Positions 25,745 through 39,179 are shown, numbered from the stretch's first letter. The stretch is DNA of 64,000 bases from Octopus sinensis (GCF_006345805.1 NW_021833439.1:1-64000); one strand, 5' to 3'. Numbers and translations: made by a program. Notes: generated by a model from the sequence alone, not told the origin.

Positions 25745-25802
25745 TTATCCATCCATCCATCCATCCATCCATCCATCCATCCATCCATCCATCGATCCAT
25801 CC

Positions 25803-25870
<68 letters not shown>

Positions 25871-25875
25871 GTCTA

Positions 25876-25910
<35 letters not shown>
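25659..25910. repeat. (TCTA)n/(TCCA)n/(TCTG)n microsatellite
   Basis: Direct inspection. Confidence 0.95.
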
Positions 25911-25912
<2 letters not shown>

Positions 25913-27074
25913 AGCACGTGTTCATACCCATAGAAACCCTAACGTATGCGTGTATTGTGTGTATGCAATTATATATGTATAATACATAGATGCGTAGATA
26001 CTAGTATAGATACACACTCACACACGTACACACACACATATATATGTCTGTGTGTGAGTGTATGCGAGTGTCTATGTGTAAGCGTATGACTAGACATTGC
26101 GAAACTTTTCCATACATAAATATATTCACGTTACTTATGCTTTCACTTCCGTATCATATAACATTACGTACGACACCAATTCTGTCTGTGAAATAATCTA
26201 CAGTGTAAAAAAAAAAAAAAAGCAAAAAACAAAAATATAAAAAAAACAACCTGTTACCATTAAGTTGTTGCATTAAATTCAATGCTGCACTAACACACAA
26301 GTAAATCAACACAACTGAATAAAACAAAAGACTTCTGTGATATTCTAGATGAAATGGTAGTTTGGAAACAAACATTGACACATTTGATGTGTAAGAAAAC
26401 TCCTAGTTTACTTATGAACCAATATCCTCCGACTCTAGTTTCACTTTCGCTTTTGCATTATTGATAATGTATCTATGTATTATCTTTCAGCTGAACACAG
26501 GAAAATTTGAGTAGTTGATGTTGTTTGTTGTTGGTTGGCTTGTAGCGTTATTGTTTGCTAACAAATAACATCACTGCGGAAGGAAGTATTTTAGTGTTTT
26601 GTTAATGATTTTTTCCTACAGCTAACTATTATCATCTCAAAGCCCTGCAAAGTCGGTTTCGGCGTGGTTCTGGGTTCGAATCCTTCCTAGATTAAATTTA
26701 ACCTTTCATTCTTCTGGGTTCGATAAAATAATGGAACAATAAAGTGCTATCGTCGATGAAATCACCAAACTGCTTCTTCCTCTAAAACTGCTGACCATAT
26801 GCCGAATGGAGATAGAATTAACGCCATAATGGCTATATCAATAATAATAATAACTTGTCCGAAAACACCTAGACAGTTGATCGATCACAGCTGATCGTTC
26901 TACTAGGAGAATACCTTTCCTTACTATTATATAGAAAGAAGGGTGAACTCGATAACATAAACTATGCAAATCTTTCATATTAGGAATACCAAATTAGAAT
27001 TTATTTCGGGCTAAACTCTAAGACTAACACCAGCAGCAATGACAATAAGAAGGGAAAGAACTGCTACCATTACA

Positions 27075-27290
27075 TTTATTGGTTTCAAATTTTAGCACGA
27101 GGCCAGCAAGTTCGGAAAAGGGGATTAGTCGATTACATCAACTCCAGTGCTCAGCTGGTACTTACTTTATCGACCACAAAATGATGAAAGGGTAAGTGAA
27201 CCTCGGAGGAATTTGAACTCAGAACATAAAGACAAATGAAATGTCGCTAAGTACTTTATCCGGCGGGCTAAAGATTCTAACAGCTCACCA
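27075..27290 (-). mobile_element. Family A SINE, tail variant 3
   Basis: ttggtttcaaattttagcacgaggccagcaa tail; ggaatttgaactcagaac. Confidence 0.8.
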
Positions 27291-27434
27291 CCTCATCATT
27301 ACGTCATACATTGATCGCAGTTACTACTACATATACACCTTTAGTAACAGCCTCACCAGTACTACTAAACTGTCGCTGCTACTAGTGTTACCTGTAGAAA
27401 ATCCTACTGACTGTGATCATTATTACCAACTGAA

Positions 27435-27680
27435 AAGGTAGCGAGCTGACAGAATTATTAGAGCGTCGTTATAAATATTTCGCGGTACCTGTTCCAACTA
27501 TTTTCATTCTGAGTTCAAATATCATTCCCACCATACTGCCCGAGGTAAAGTTTGCTTTTCATTCCCCTGGGGGTGTCGATAAATTAAAACACCAGTCAAG
27601 TGCTGAAATCAATGGTACCGCCCACTCCTCATGCCTGCAAAACTTTTTGGCCTTGTGTCTATACGAGGAATAATTATTAG
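27435..27680 (+). mobile_element. Family A SINE, diverged
   Basis: gcgagctgacagaatt...ctgagttcaaat...gtcgataaattaa. Confidence 0.65.
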
Positions 27681-27701
27681 TAATTAACTACTCCCCAGAC
27701 A

Positions 27702-27749
<48 letters not shown>

Positions 27750-27777
27750 GCCACTGCTGCTGCTGCTGCTTGTTTGT

Positions 27778-28146
27778 TTGTTTGTTGAGCGAAGCAGTCT
27801 TCGTCCTATAGTGGGAGAAGTCCGAAACGTGGTCCTTTGCTATTCGTAAGACCCACAGAAGAGAAAGCAGGTCAACCTCCCGACACTGAGAGCATCGACG
27901 GATGGATGAATGTGTATCCAGGCTCAGCGGTTGCATAGGAAGTCGGGAACAAGAAACAGAAAGAAAGAGTGAGAGAAAGTTGAAGCGAAAGAGTACAACT
28001 GGGGTCGCCACGACCCCTTGTCGGAGCCTCGTGGAGCTTTAGGTGTTTTCGCTCAATAAACACACACAACGCCCGGTCTGGGAATCGAAACCGCAATCCT
28101 CCGACCACGAGTCCGCTGCCTTAATCACTGGGCCATTGCGCCTCCT
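27778..28146 (-). mobile_element. Family C SINE, tail type 1
   Basis: Close match to 12168-12567; flanked by (CTG)n on both sides. Confidence 0.9.
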
Positions 28147-28595
28147 GCTGCTGCTGCTGCTGCTGCTGCTAGAGTGGGTTCCTCACAGCTGTTCCAAATA
28201 TTTTCCTTTTCTGCTACCTCTTTGAGCCAAAGCGAAAAAGTAGCTCTTTATACAAGCTAAATACATTAACATCTCTATATAATATCTATGCCATATTTGA
28301 CAAGGTTTTCTGGAGTTTTTCCCCCATTAAATGTTACACACGAACACGAGTTACTATAAATACATCAACAGTATTAATTGAATAAGATCTTTCAGAACAT
28401 ATATTCTTCATTCACATACGTCATGTCGTTGATGTGTGTAAGACCATCGCGAAGTCAAATTGTCTTGCGGTATGAAAAACAAAATTAAAGAAAGAAAAGA
28501 AAAAGGACAACGTATCACGGGCTCAATCGAAAAAAAAAAGATGTTAGCGAAAGAAGTCATTTGACTGCAGCCATGCAGGAGCACATCCTTTAGTC

Positions 28596-29105
28596 GAAAG
28601 GATGACAGGCAAAGTCGACCTCGGAGGAATTTGAACTCAGAACATAAAGACAGACGAAATACCACAAAGCATTTCTCCCGACCTGCTAAAGTTTCTTATT
28701 TCTTTATTGCCCACAAGGGCATAAACATAGAGGGGACAAACAAGGACAGACAAACGGATTAAGTCGATTACATCGTCCCCAGTTCGTAACTGATCGACCC
28801 CGAAAGGATGAAAGTCAAAGTCGACCTCGGCGGGATTTGAACTCAGAACGTAACGGCAGACGAAATACCTATTTCTTTACTACCCACAAGGGGCTAAACG
28901 CAGAGAGGACAAACAAGGAGAGACAAACGCATTAAGTCGATTATAGTGACCCCAGTGCGTAACTGGTACTTAATTTATCGATCCCAAAAGGATGTAAGTC
29001 AAAGTCGACCTCGGCAGAATTTGAACCCAGAACGTAACTAACGGCAGACGAAATACCGCAAAGCATTACGCCCGGCATGCTAACGGTTCTGCAAGTTCAC
29101 TGCCT
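28596..29105 (-). mobile_element. Family A SINE multimer
   Basis: Head near 29100; unit junctions near 28868 and 28697. Confidence 0.88.
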
Positions 29106-29649
29106 TGAATAACAAATATATTCCAAAGAGAATGAAATAAAGGACTTCCTTGACATTTGACTTGAAAAGGTTAATCGCTCTACAACTCCCGAAATTATAT
29201 TTAAACATCGTGGAAAGTAGTGGTAATATATTTTTTTTTGTTTGTGAGTGGATCAACTAAAAAAAAACAATAGATAAATAAAGATTGTTGGTTATAAAAT
29301 GTTAATAAATGGGAAAAAATAACGGAAAAGGCGGGTAATTGAGTTAAATGATCAACAGATAACAAATACTGATCATTAACTTCTAAACCGTCTAATCAGA
29401 TTAGTTTTTTCCGACCGTTTTATCTGAAAAATATTCTACGTTTCAGGAAACCCTTCATACGATTTAACATATATTTGTATTTTTATCCTACTCATTCATA
29501 ACTTTAATTTCATTAGACGACCACAGAGTTTCTGAATTTTTTGTTTAACCATACTTGGCTTAAATCAAACTCCTTCACAATTCCCAATGAAGTGGTCGTT
29601 TTTCATCTTACTACATACAGAAGTTAGGATTTCCCTGACGTACTGAATA

Positions 29650-30038
29650 TACCATGTGTTTTGGCACAAGGACAGCAAATTAGGGGAAGACGTGAGTCGA
29701 TTACATCGAACCCCACAAGATCCTCAATTCATACCTCGGCGGGATGCGAACGTTAACAGCCCGAAGAAATGCTGCTCAGAAATTTTTGTCTGACGTGCTA
29801 ACGATTCTTATTTCTTTATTGCCCACAAGGGGCTAAACATGAAGGGAACAAACAAGGACAGACAAAGGTATTAAGTCGATTACAACGACCCCAGTGCGTA
29901 ACTGGTACTTAATTTATCGACCCTAAAAGGATGAAAGGCAAAGTCGACCTTGGTGGAATTTGAACTCAGAACGTAACGGCAGACGAAATGCCGCTAAGCA
30001 TTTCGCCCGACGTGCTAACGATTCTGTCAGCTCGCCTG
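29650..30038 (-). mobile_element. Family A SINE dimer (tail 1 unit joined to partial head plus tail 3 unit)
   Basis: Junction near 29808 reads aaagaaataa|gaatcgttagcac on the minus strand. Confidence 0.8.
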
Positions 30039-30400
30039 CGGAATTAGAGATATAAAATTTGAAAGGAAAGTTATTCAAAAAGGTATTTACACAAACCCAG
30101 CCCGTTTATCATTATTTGTCGCGAAAACACTAGCGATCTCTCATCTAATCATAGCTTTCTAGGCAAACTAATTAAGGGATATCGGATATATATCGTTGCT
30201 AAAAGGAAGAGTAACACAGAAAATGCACAGATAAAGCCTTTAACAAACAAATGATACTTCCTTCTTTATTTCAATCAGCGGTTAATTTATTAAATAATTT
30301 GCCATTTCTGTACATGTACAGAATTAAATGCCTTATAAGATATATACACTCTGGATCTTTACCTTTTGACCTTCAGATTTAAAAAATATTTTTTTGTAAA

Positions 30401-30935
30401 TAAACATTTTCAAACTTCGGACATTGGTAGAATGTGTCATTTAAAACATCTTTTACTCTTAGCATTTTTGAGAAAAACTTATATTTACGAATTTATTTCA
30501 CGTTAAAGTAGTCGAATTTCAGTAATTTCAACCAATCAATGACGTGTATTCAGTTGAATAAAGTTACTACCGTTGTTTGTCAACAAGAACTATCGGCGGT
30601 GTATTTTTCTTTTGTCACTGTTATTTATGACATCGTTCGTGCGTTTGTACTGGTTTTAAGGTTTTAGGGTTAGGGTTAAGGTTTTAGGGTTAGAGTTAGG
30701 GTTGTCATAAATAACGGTGACAAACAAAATATACAGCGCCGGAAGTTCTTGTTGACAAACAACAGCAGTAATTTTTATTCAGCTGAATACACGTCATTGA
30801 TTGGTTGAAATTACCGAAATACGAGAACTTTAACCTGAAATAACTTCGAAAATATAAGTTTTTCTCAAAAATGCTAAGAGTAAAAGATGTTTTATATGAC
30901 ACATTCTACCAATGTCAGAAGTTTGAAAGTGTTTA
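30401..30935. mobile_element. Foldback element with ~230-bp arms and a TTAGGG-containing spacer
   Basis: Arms 30401-30632 and 30703-30935; spacer has 4 perfect TTAGGG plus ttaagg and ttagag variants at 30664-30701. Confidence 0.85.
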
Positions 30936-31003
30936 GTTCGACTAAAGGCGGTGCTCCAGCATGGTCGCAGTCAAATGACCGAAACAGGTAAAAGAGAGAA
31001 AAG
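30936..31003 (+). mobile_element. Family B SINE 3' fragment
   Basis: cgactaaaggcggtgctccagcatggtcgcagtcaaatgacc. Confidence 0.8.
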
Positions 31004-32084
31004 AGAGAGTGTATATATATATATTATATATATATATTATATATATATATATTACATGTACTACAAAGCATATGAAGAGAGAGAGTGTATATATATATAT
31101 ATATATATGCAGATACGCACAAATATATATTGTGAGGAAGAAGGCTACAAGTAAATATACCAAGTAAATAATAAAATGAAGTACTAAAACGGAAGTGTTT
31201 CGAATTATATACTTAAATAAATATACAAATAATATATATAAATAAAAACTTATATTATAACAAAAATATCCAAAATGTTAAACAAAACTATTCAAAGACT
31301 AAAAAGGTATAAAAAAAACAAAAACGGAGAACATAATAACCGCAACTCGAAATAAATGTCAGAGGGATATAATTAACGCTGCTCTTCACTTTGTGTCTTC
31401 CAGTTGCTAAAAGGTCATAGGGCAAGCCGTTCTAAATGATGATGATGATGGTGGTGGTGGTGTTGGCAGTGGTGGTCGTGATGGTGGTGATGAGACCACA
31501 TGAAATAGTTCACTTTATCCAAGGGCATGTGAAGAAAGAGGGTTTGTCTATGAATTGGAGCAGCTCTTTACTATCAATGATTTTTGTCGCAGACAGCTAA
31601 ATCTGTTTATCATTAGCGGATTGTCAGTCGTCTCTCCAAACCTCACTCTGTCTCTCTCTCTTATTTATATTTATATATTCGTTTATTTTGTTTACTGTTT
31701 TATATATTTTTTTTTACTTTATTTTATTTATCACTTTATTTATTTATTTATTTTTATGTCAGAAATATCGAAGATAAGTCAAAAGGGACAACCCGAAAGT
31801 ATTTTTAATGCAAAAATCAGAATAAGGAGTGCGTTGGTATTGTTGACTTCAGAGGACTGGTACAAGGGAGGCATGACATACACACGTATAGATGCACACA
31901 CACACACACACAAACACACATCCGTACACACTTTCAGACATGTACGTATATATACATATATGTTACATATGCACATACATATGTATGCATTTTAAATACA
32001 TATATTAGTGTATGTATACAAATATATGTATGCATGTGTATATGTGTGTGTGTGTGTGTGTGTAAACAGATATACTAATATCGC

Positions 32085-32127
32085 CAGTCCGATGATGGCT
32101 TAGCGGGTCGAAACTTCGAAATCACTG
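32085..32127 (+). ncRNA. Degenerate minimal type I hammerhead ribozyme
   Basis: cagu-CCGAUGA-u-ggc uuagcgg guc-GAAA-c uucgaa AUC|acug; stems I and II form; U4C in the core and a C15.2-A16.2 mismatch. Confidence 0.5.
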
Positions 32128-32262
32128 TCAACATCATTCGTGTACAAACACACACCCACACACACACACATATATTATATAATATATATATATAATATAT
32201 ATATATGTGTGTGGTGTGTGTGTGTGTGTGTGTATGGATATTTACATATATAATATAATAAT

Positions 32263-32592
32263 AAGTAGGGAATATAATTCCAGAATTACAGGGAAAAATT
32301 CAATTTAACAATTTTAAATTATATTTCACAATATATAATATATGTACATAATATGGAAACAAAAACCTCTATTAACCAATTCGATAATGAAAGATGTTAT
32401 TCACATCATATATAGATAACATATTCTGTAAAAACTTCATTCTAAAATCAATAAAGTACAATAAATAGTAAATAGTAGCAAAAGGACTACGCGCGTTTCG
32501 TGGCTATATTTTCAAATAGATAATAATAATAAAATCAATTTGATTAAAAATATAGTGTATACTGAGAGTGTTAAGGCGCATGGTCTAACGGT
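32263..32592 (-). mobile_element. AT-rich Penelope-like terminal fragment with partial hammerhead motif
   Basis: Minus strand UUGAAAA-uauagccac-GAAACGCGCGUA at 32484-32515; flanked by TA/TG tracts. Confidence 0.4.
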
Positions 32593-32602
32593 ATATATAT
32601 AT

Positions 32603-32719
32603 AGGGAGAGTTTGCGAAAAAAGCAAAAGACGAAGACAGGTGGTGTACAAAACAAACATATGTATTAGTACAACGCTCAGGAATAGAAAAAGTCTTTTAC
32701 GTTTCGAGCCTATGCTCTT
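32603..32719 (-). mobile_element. Family E hammerhead-bearing short element, truncated
   Basis: Matches 35907-36117 and 56893-57072; retains gagc auag gcuc GAAACGUA aaagac but the 5' core is replaced by (TA)n. Confidence 0.75.
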
Positions 32720-33356
32720 ATATATATATACACATACGCATATGTATATATGTGTTTGTGTGTTTGTTTGTTTGTGCATCTATATAACCAAAAACAAAAT
32801 GCACCAACCGGGGAATGAAAACTACGTTCTTATGTGCACAAGTTGTACACGCTAACCTTTAGACCATGCACTTTCACATTCAGTATACACTACACAGTGG
32901 TTAATATTTTCCTCGGGGAATTTTAAATATCATAGAACACCAGACAAATAAACTCGAGTTTTTCGCTCTTTGAGGAGGTACGAATTTAACTTTGTTAGAA
33001 CAGAGTATTCTTGATCATGTTCCGGCTGTAATCCCACCGTAACCAAATTAAAGTACGTTATGTACTGGGTCGATCTTATCACTTAACCTTCACCTCTCGG
33101 CTGTGCTGGCCTTGCGCTTTATTTAGAAACAATCCTGAGGGTGATGGTAGACAATGAGGGTGATGGTAGACAAATTCGTGAGCCTGCCGGACAAAATGCG
33201 CTGCAGTATATGTTCCGGAAATTTGTCTTCTGATTTCAAATCTCATCAAAATGAACTTGTCATTTTCGGGTGAATTAACTATAATATAAGCGAAGGACAA
33301 CGCCGTCTTGGTTTCAGGTCTACTGATTGGTATTTGGGACTAATATACTTTATTAC

Positions 33357-33671
33357 GGAGGCGCAATGGTCCGGTGGTTAGGGCAGCGGACTCACAGTCG
33401 TAGGGTCGAGGTTTCGATTCCCAGCCGGGCGTTTGTGAGTGTTTATTGAGCGAAAACACCTAAAGCTCCATGAGGCTCCGGCAGGGAGTGGTGGCGATCC
33501 CTCGCTGTACTTTTTCGTCACAACTTTCTCTCACACTTTCTTCTGTTTGCTTGCTCGCTTAGCCAGCGGAGGTGGCGTCATTTGAAGGCTAAAACAATGC
33601 GAAGCGCATTGTGACCAGCGATGTGCAGCAACATCTGATAGCCTGGTCGGTCACGGTGATCAGGGTGATAA
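33357..33671 (+). mobile_element. Family C SINE, tail type 3
   Basis: C head; tail ggtggcgtcatttgaaggctaaaacaatgc...cctggtcggtcacggtgat; 8-bp TSD tttattac at 33349-33356 and 33672-33679. Confidence 0.88.
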
Positions 33672-33784
33672 TTTATTACAACTTCGACCCAGAGTTTGTG
33701 AATGAAATTGAATGGAAAGAAAACGCTGTATCGAAACCTATCGGTCAACTAATTCAATGTCATACCCTCATCTCTATCTCTTTA

Positions 33785-33834
<50 letters not shown>

Positions 33835-33957
33835 ACGCAAGCACACACACACATGCTTATATAGAGGGTAAGAATTACACTGAGGATATAGGAATTACAC
33901 GAAGGATATAGGGAATACACTAAGGCTTTAGATTTGTTACATACACCTAAAGTGGAT

Positions 33958-34306
33958 GTGATTTCATTCTTGCTCACAACATCATAAGCGGAAAGTGTAA
34001 CCTCTCGAAAGAGCTGTTCTTCACTCCTGCTCCAGGGCGTCGGCTGTGGGGTCACTCCGAAAAGCTCTATCTGCGACGATTTCATCTCAATCGAAGGAGA
34101 GGGGCTTTCTCCGTCCGGGTGGCGGATCCGTGGAATAAGCTGCCGGACGAGATAGCGTAGATGCCGACGACCGCTCGATTCAAAGTCTCTCTTGACCAGA
34201 AATGGCCTGAACTCTTTGCATGAACACCCTCCCTGTACATAACTCCATGTCCCCTTACATGGCCTTGCTTTTTGCTTTTTGAGCCAAAAAATTAACTTAA
34301 CTTAAC
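33958..34306 (+). mobile_element. CR1-type LINE 3' end (ORF2 C-terminus with premature stop, 3' UTR, TTAAC tail)
   Basis: ILAHNIISGKCNLSKELFF...GAFSVRVADPWNKLPDE...FKVSLDQKW; 3' stem-loop ccatgt-cccctt-acatgg; (TTAAC)n terminus. Confidence 0.9.
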
Positions 34307-34689
34307 AAAATCATTGAAATAAGCGAATAATCGAATCCTCATAGTCAATCAACGGAAGATTGCGACCATCATCAGTGTTTAAACATAGCAGAGGGTCAAC
34401 GAAGCTGCAAATGTTTAGTGTCGCCGCTGACACAGTAACCTTTCGCATTATGAATAAGTTCGTTTGTTCAGTCATTTATTTCTGAACAAAAGCAAAAGCA
34501 AAAAAAAAAAAAAGGAAAAGAAAACAGAAGGAAACAAAAACAAAACAAAACGTAGTTGTATATATTCCCACGTTCTCATACAAAATGAAGATATATTAAA
34601 GCATTCCACTGCTTGGCTTAATGAAATTATATCCATCAACTTTCTACAAGTTAACTCTCAAGCCTATTGCTATGATAATCAACTCGCTT

Positions 34690-35245
<556 letters not shown>

Positions 35246-35906
35246 CACATACACACACATAAGTAAGCAGAAGAATTGTTTACAATACACAATATGAACG
35301 TTCCACTTAACTAAGCACAACCCAGAGCGGATGTGATACTAATTAGTGCATAATGACGGTAATGAGTTTCTGGTGTCTCAGTGACATCATGAAACTTGCT
35401 GTCAGTATTGTTTTTACTTTTGTTGTTGTCGTTATTATTGTTGATGCTGCTGCTGCTGCTGCTGCTGTTGTTGTTCTATTTGTATTGCTGTAAAAATGAA
35501 ACATACGGCAAATTTATGTCACACTCATATACCACACACACACACACACATGCACACACAAACAAACAAACAAACAAACAGACACACGCACATAGGTGTG
35601 TACAATCTGATCTGAGAAAACGTTTCCCGCTGCGGAAATAACCTCATTTGACTATGAATGACTTCATTGTAACGTGGGGTTCATGCGTTGCATTTTTTGC
35701 GGTGTTACGCTTTATCCTCTACAGACAAGGGATCACTCATTTATAAACCTTTAAGAGTTGCCCTTCTTATAAAAGATTTTAAAAACTACAGTTAGTAGAG
35801 TATTTACTGATGAGCTAAAAGCGCGGTTAAGTTAGTAATTATTAACATATATATGGCATTAACATATATATCTATATATATAGTATATATATATATATAT
35901 ATATAT

Positions 35907-36117
35907 TTAGTGAGAATTTACAACAAAAAAACCCCAAAAAAACAAAAGACGAAGACGGATGTATGAACAACACACAGATGTATATTTTAGCGCTCGGGAA
36001 GTGAGAAAGTCTTTTACGTTTCGATCCTATGCTCTTCGACAGAAAGGAACACAGAAATGAACAGGGAGAGAAAATAGAAAAAGGATTAGTGGCTAGGGAT
36101 TTATCTTGGCGAATACA
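35907..36117 (-). mobile_element. Family E hammerhead-bearing short element
   Basis: Reverse complement of the 56893-57072 type; hammerhead-like motif at 36011-36046; flanked by TA tracts. Confidence 0.75.
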
Positions 36118-36129
36118 TATATATATGCG

Positions 36130-36170
<41 letters not shown>

Positions 36171-36449
36171 TGTGTTGTTATCAGCCGCAATGTATGAAAG
36201 TAATGTTAACCGGTTTCAGAAGCCTACCATTTTTTTCTATGAGGTTGGATTATAAAACTCCGTTGATCGCCTTTCTTAATTTTAAGTTGCTAATTCTGCA
36301 ATGGCGATCTATTACATAGTCATTCACATTGGTTTATTACAATATCAGTTGCCGATTCAGAGAGAGATAGAGAAGGATAGAGAGATATATATTTAGGCAG
36401 ACAATTAGAAAGACACACATGATAGTTTTCAGTATTAACTTGTATATTG

Positions 36450-36600
36450 TAAGGCGGTGAGCTGGCAGAAACGTTAGCACGCCGGGCGAAATGCTCAGCG
36501 GTATTTCGTCCACCGTTACGCTCTGAGTTAAAATTCCACCAAGGTCGACTTTGCCTTTCATCCCTTTCGGAGTCGATAAAATCAGTACCAGTGGAACACT
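36450..36600 (+). mobile_element. Family A SINE, tail missing
   Basis: aaggcggtgagctggcagaaacgttagcacgccgggcgaaatg. Confidence 0.88.
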
Positions 36601-37056
36601 GTTATATTATATATTTCAGCCATTCATACGGTATAGTTGATTGCAAATAAGCTTGGATTATTACGATTCCACCGTTTTTTGGTCGTTGTCCGCTTCACAT
36701 AGGACCAAACAGAGACAAAAGGTTAACGATATCCCTACCGCCAGCACTGCTACCACCACCACCACAACAACAACAACAGCAAAAACAACAACAAAAACAA
36801 CAACAACAAAAAGAACAACGCTAGTACCAACATTGCCACCATTACAGGCAACAAATAACCATAAATATTTTATTTGAAAAGTTGACGTATAAATCTTTAA
36901 ATATTGATATTGTTTCAGCTTCATAGCTGCGGACAGGCTGGAGCACCACCGTTGGGTATATCGAAGGCTGACCTAAATCATCATGGATTTCTTTACTGAA
37001 AAATTTGTCATAATATTTGCTTCATTGTTTTTCATTCTATTTCACTGTATGTGTCT

Positions 37057-37215
<159 letters not shown>

Positions 37216-37610
37216 ATCTCATACAATTTCCTTTCTGGCTCTCCTTTCATAATTATACAGACACGCACATTCACACGCATACGAACACGTACGAAGGCAC
37301 ACATACACAGATACGCACATCCCTGCACACTTACTTATAATTGTGCTTTCGTAAATTAGAATATTCCTTAATATCTGTTTCCTCTCATCAAATACGCGAT
37401 AATTTATGTGTGTGTCAGGCGTACTCTTCAATCTCAGAAATAATATACATACACGTGAGCACATACCGTATATATATATCTATATATCTATATATATATA
37501 TATATATATATATAGGGAGAGAGAGATATACATAGATATAGATATGTATACACACACACATACACACACATATATATATAGGGAGAGAGAGAGATACATA
37601 GATAGATATG

Positions 37611-37656
<46 letters not shown>

Positions 37657-37657
37657 C

Positions 37658-37693
<36 letters not shown>

Positions 37694-37694
<1 letters not shown>

Positions 37695-38377
37695 AATAAT
37701 TACTTTGCCACATACTGAACTCATTAGAAATAGTAGCTAAAAAACTTTTTTTAAACTATTTCTAATACTTAAAGAAAATCTCTCTCATATAGTGTTTGCT
37801 CAATTCAACTCACGAAAGTATGGGGGTAAAGACATTAATAAATCAAATGCAAAGGTTATTTGAGAACGTACTTTTCTAGATTAGTCAACTCGACATTTCT
37901 TTCGCCAGCTCAGAACTCCTTGGTTTGGATTTGAAAACACTGAAAGTGGGAGCATACCCTTTCGGCTTCTTATCGCTTCTGAAGATCTGCTCGAACTATC
38001 AGTGCCAGCAAACTCAAAATATGCAAGCGAAGAATTTCTGCTCTCCCCTTTCCACCAGCGTGGGTTAAAATCAGTAAACACTATGCTTTTTCGGTAAAAT
38101 CCGAAGCATTAAATAGAGAGAGATGAATTATAATTTCAATCCAAACCAAGGAGTTCTGAGCTGACGAAAGAAATGTCGAGTTGACTAATCTAGAAACGTA
38201 CGTTCTCAAATAACCTTTGCATTTGATTTTTTAATGTCTTTACCCCCATACTTTCGTGAGTTGAATTGAGCAAACACTATATGAGAGAGATTTTCTTTAA
38301 GTATTAGAAATAGTTTTAAAAAAGTTTTTTTAGCTACTATTTCTAATGAGTTCAGTATGTGGCAAAGTAATTTATTT
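37694..38377. mobile_element. Foldback/MITE-like element with ~235-bp arms and ~210-bp spacer
   Basis: ttactttgccacatactgaactcattagaaatag...ttggtttggatt at left, its reverse complement at ~38140-38377. Confidence 0.85.
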
Positions 38378-38489
38378 ACTAAGCCCTTTTATATAATGTA
38401 ATAATTTGAATTCGCCTTAATGGTCCCTTTGCATACTGAATACTTGGTGAAATTGATTAATAATTAATTAATTTTACCCTCAATTGTTG

Positions 38490-38539
<50 letters not shown>

Positions 38540-38949
38540 ATATACATACTATATATATATATATATAATATATATATATATATAATATCTATATGAATAT
38601 ATATATATATACACATGCACACACAACACACCACACATACACCACACCCCATACAAATATCCCATACGGGTACAGACATTATCTTAACTTCGTATTGTGT
38701 AAGTTAACTAAAGAAATACACAATTCCTTTCGTATCTCATGTGATATATATTCATACCATTTACTTCTTCAGTCACACACGCAAATTCACACCCACCCAC
38801 ACACGCGCGCGCACTCAACAGATTCGTCTTTCGAAGCACAATTAAATGCCAGTTGTTTTACGTATTCGGTCTTTTCGTCAGTGAAGCATTAGCTCTCGCC
38901 ACTCTTAGACTTGTTTATTACCAGGTCAATTGTTGAATCAGCACGTCCA

Positions 38950-39140
38950 GGTTTCGGTCACTGCATTTCGGCCATGCTGGGGCACTTTCTTCAAAGGTTT
39001 AGTCAAATAAATCGACTCCAGAACATATGAATTAAAGTCTGATACTTCTTCTATCAGTTCCCTTTTGCCGAAGCGTTAGGTTACGGCGACATAAATGCAG
39101 TGACATAAATGCGCCAACACTTGTCAAGTTGTGAAGGAGG
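38950..39140 (-). mobile_element. Family B SINE 3' half, diverged
   Basis: ggccatgctggggcac...atcgactccag...ttttgccgaa. Confidence 0.65.
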
Positions 39141-39179
39141 ACACACATGAGGACACACACACACATAGCTACCTATATA

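Noticed and set aside
33871-33925. Three imperfect 20-bp tandem repeats upstream of the CR1 fragment
   Set aside because: Ordinary minisatellite; no evidence it belongs to the LINE.
35800-35845. CUGAUGA-gc-uaaaa-gc motif
   Set aside because: No GAAA follows stem II and there is no stem I.
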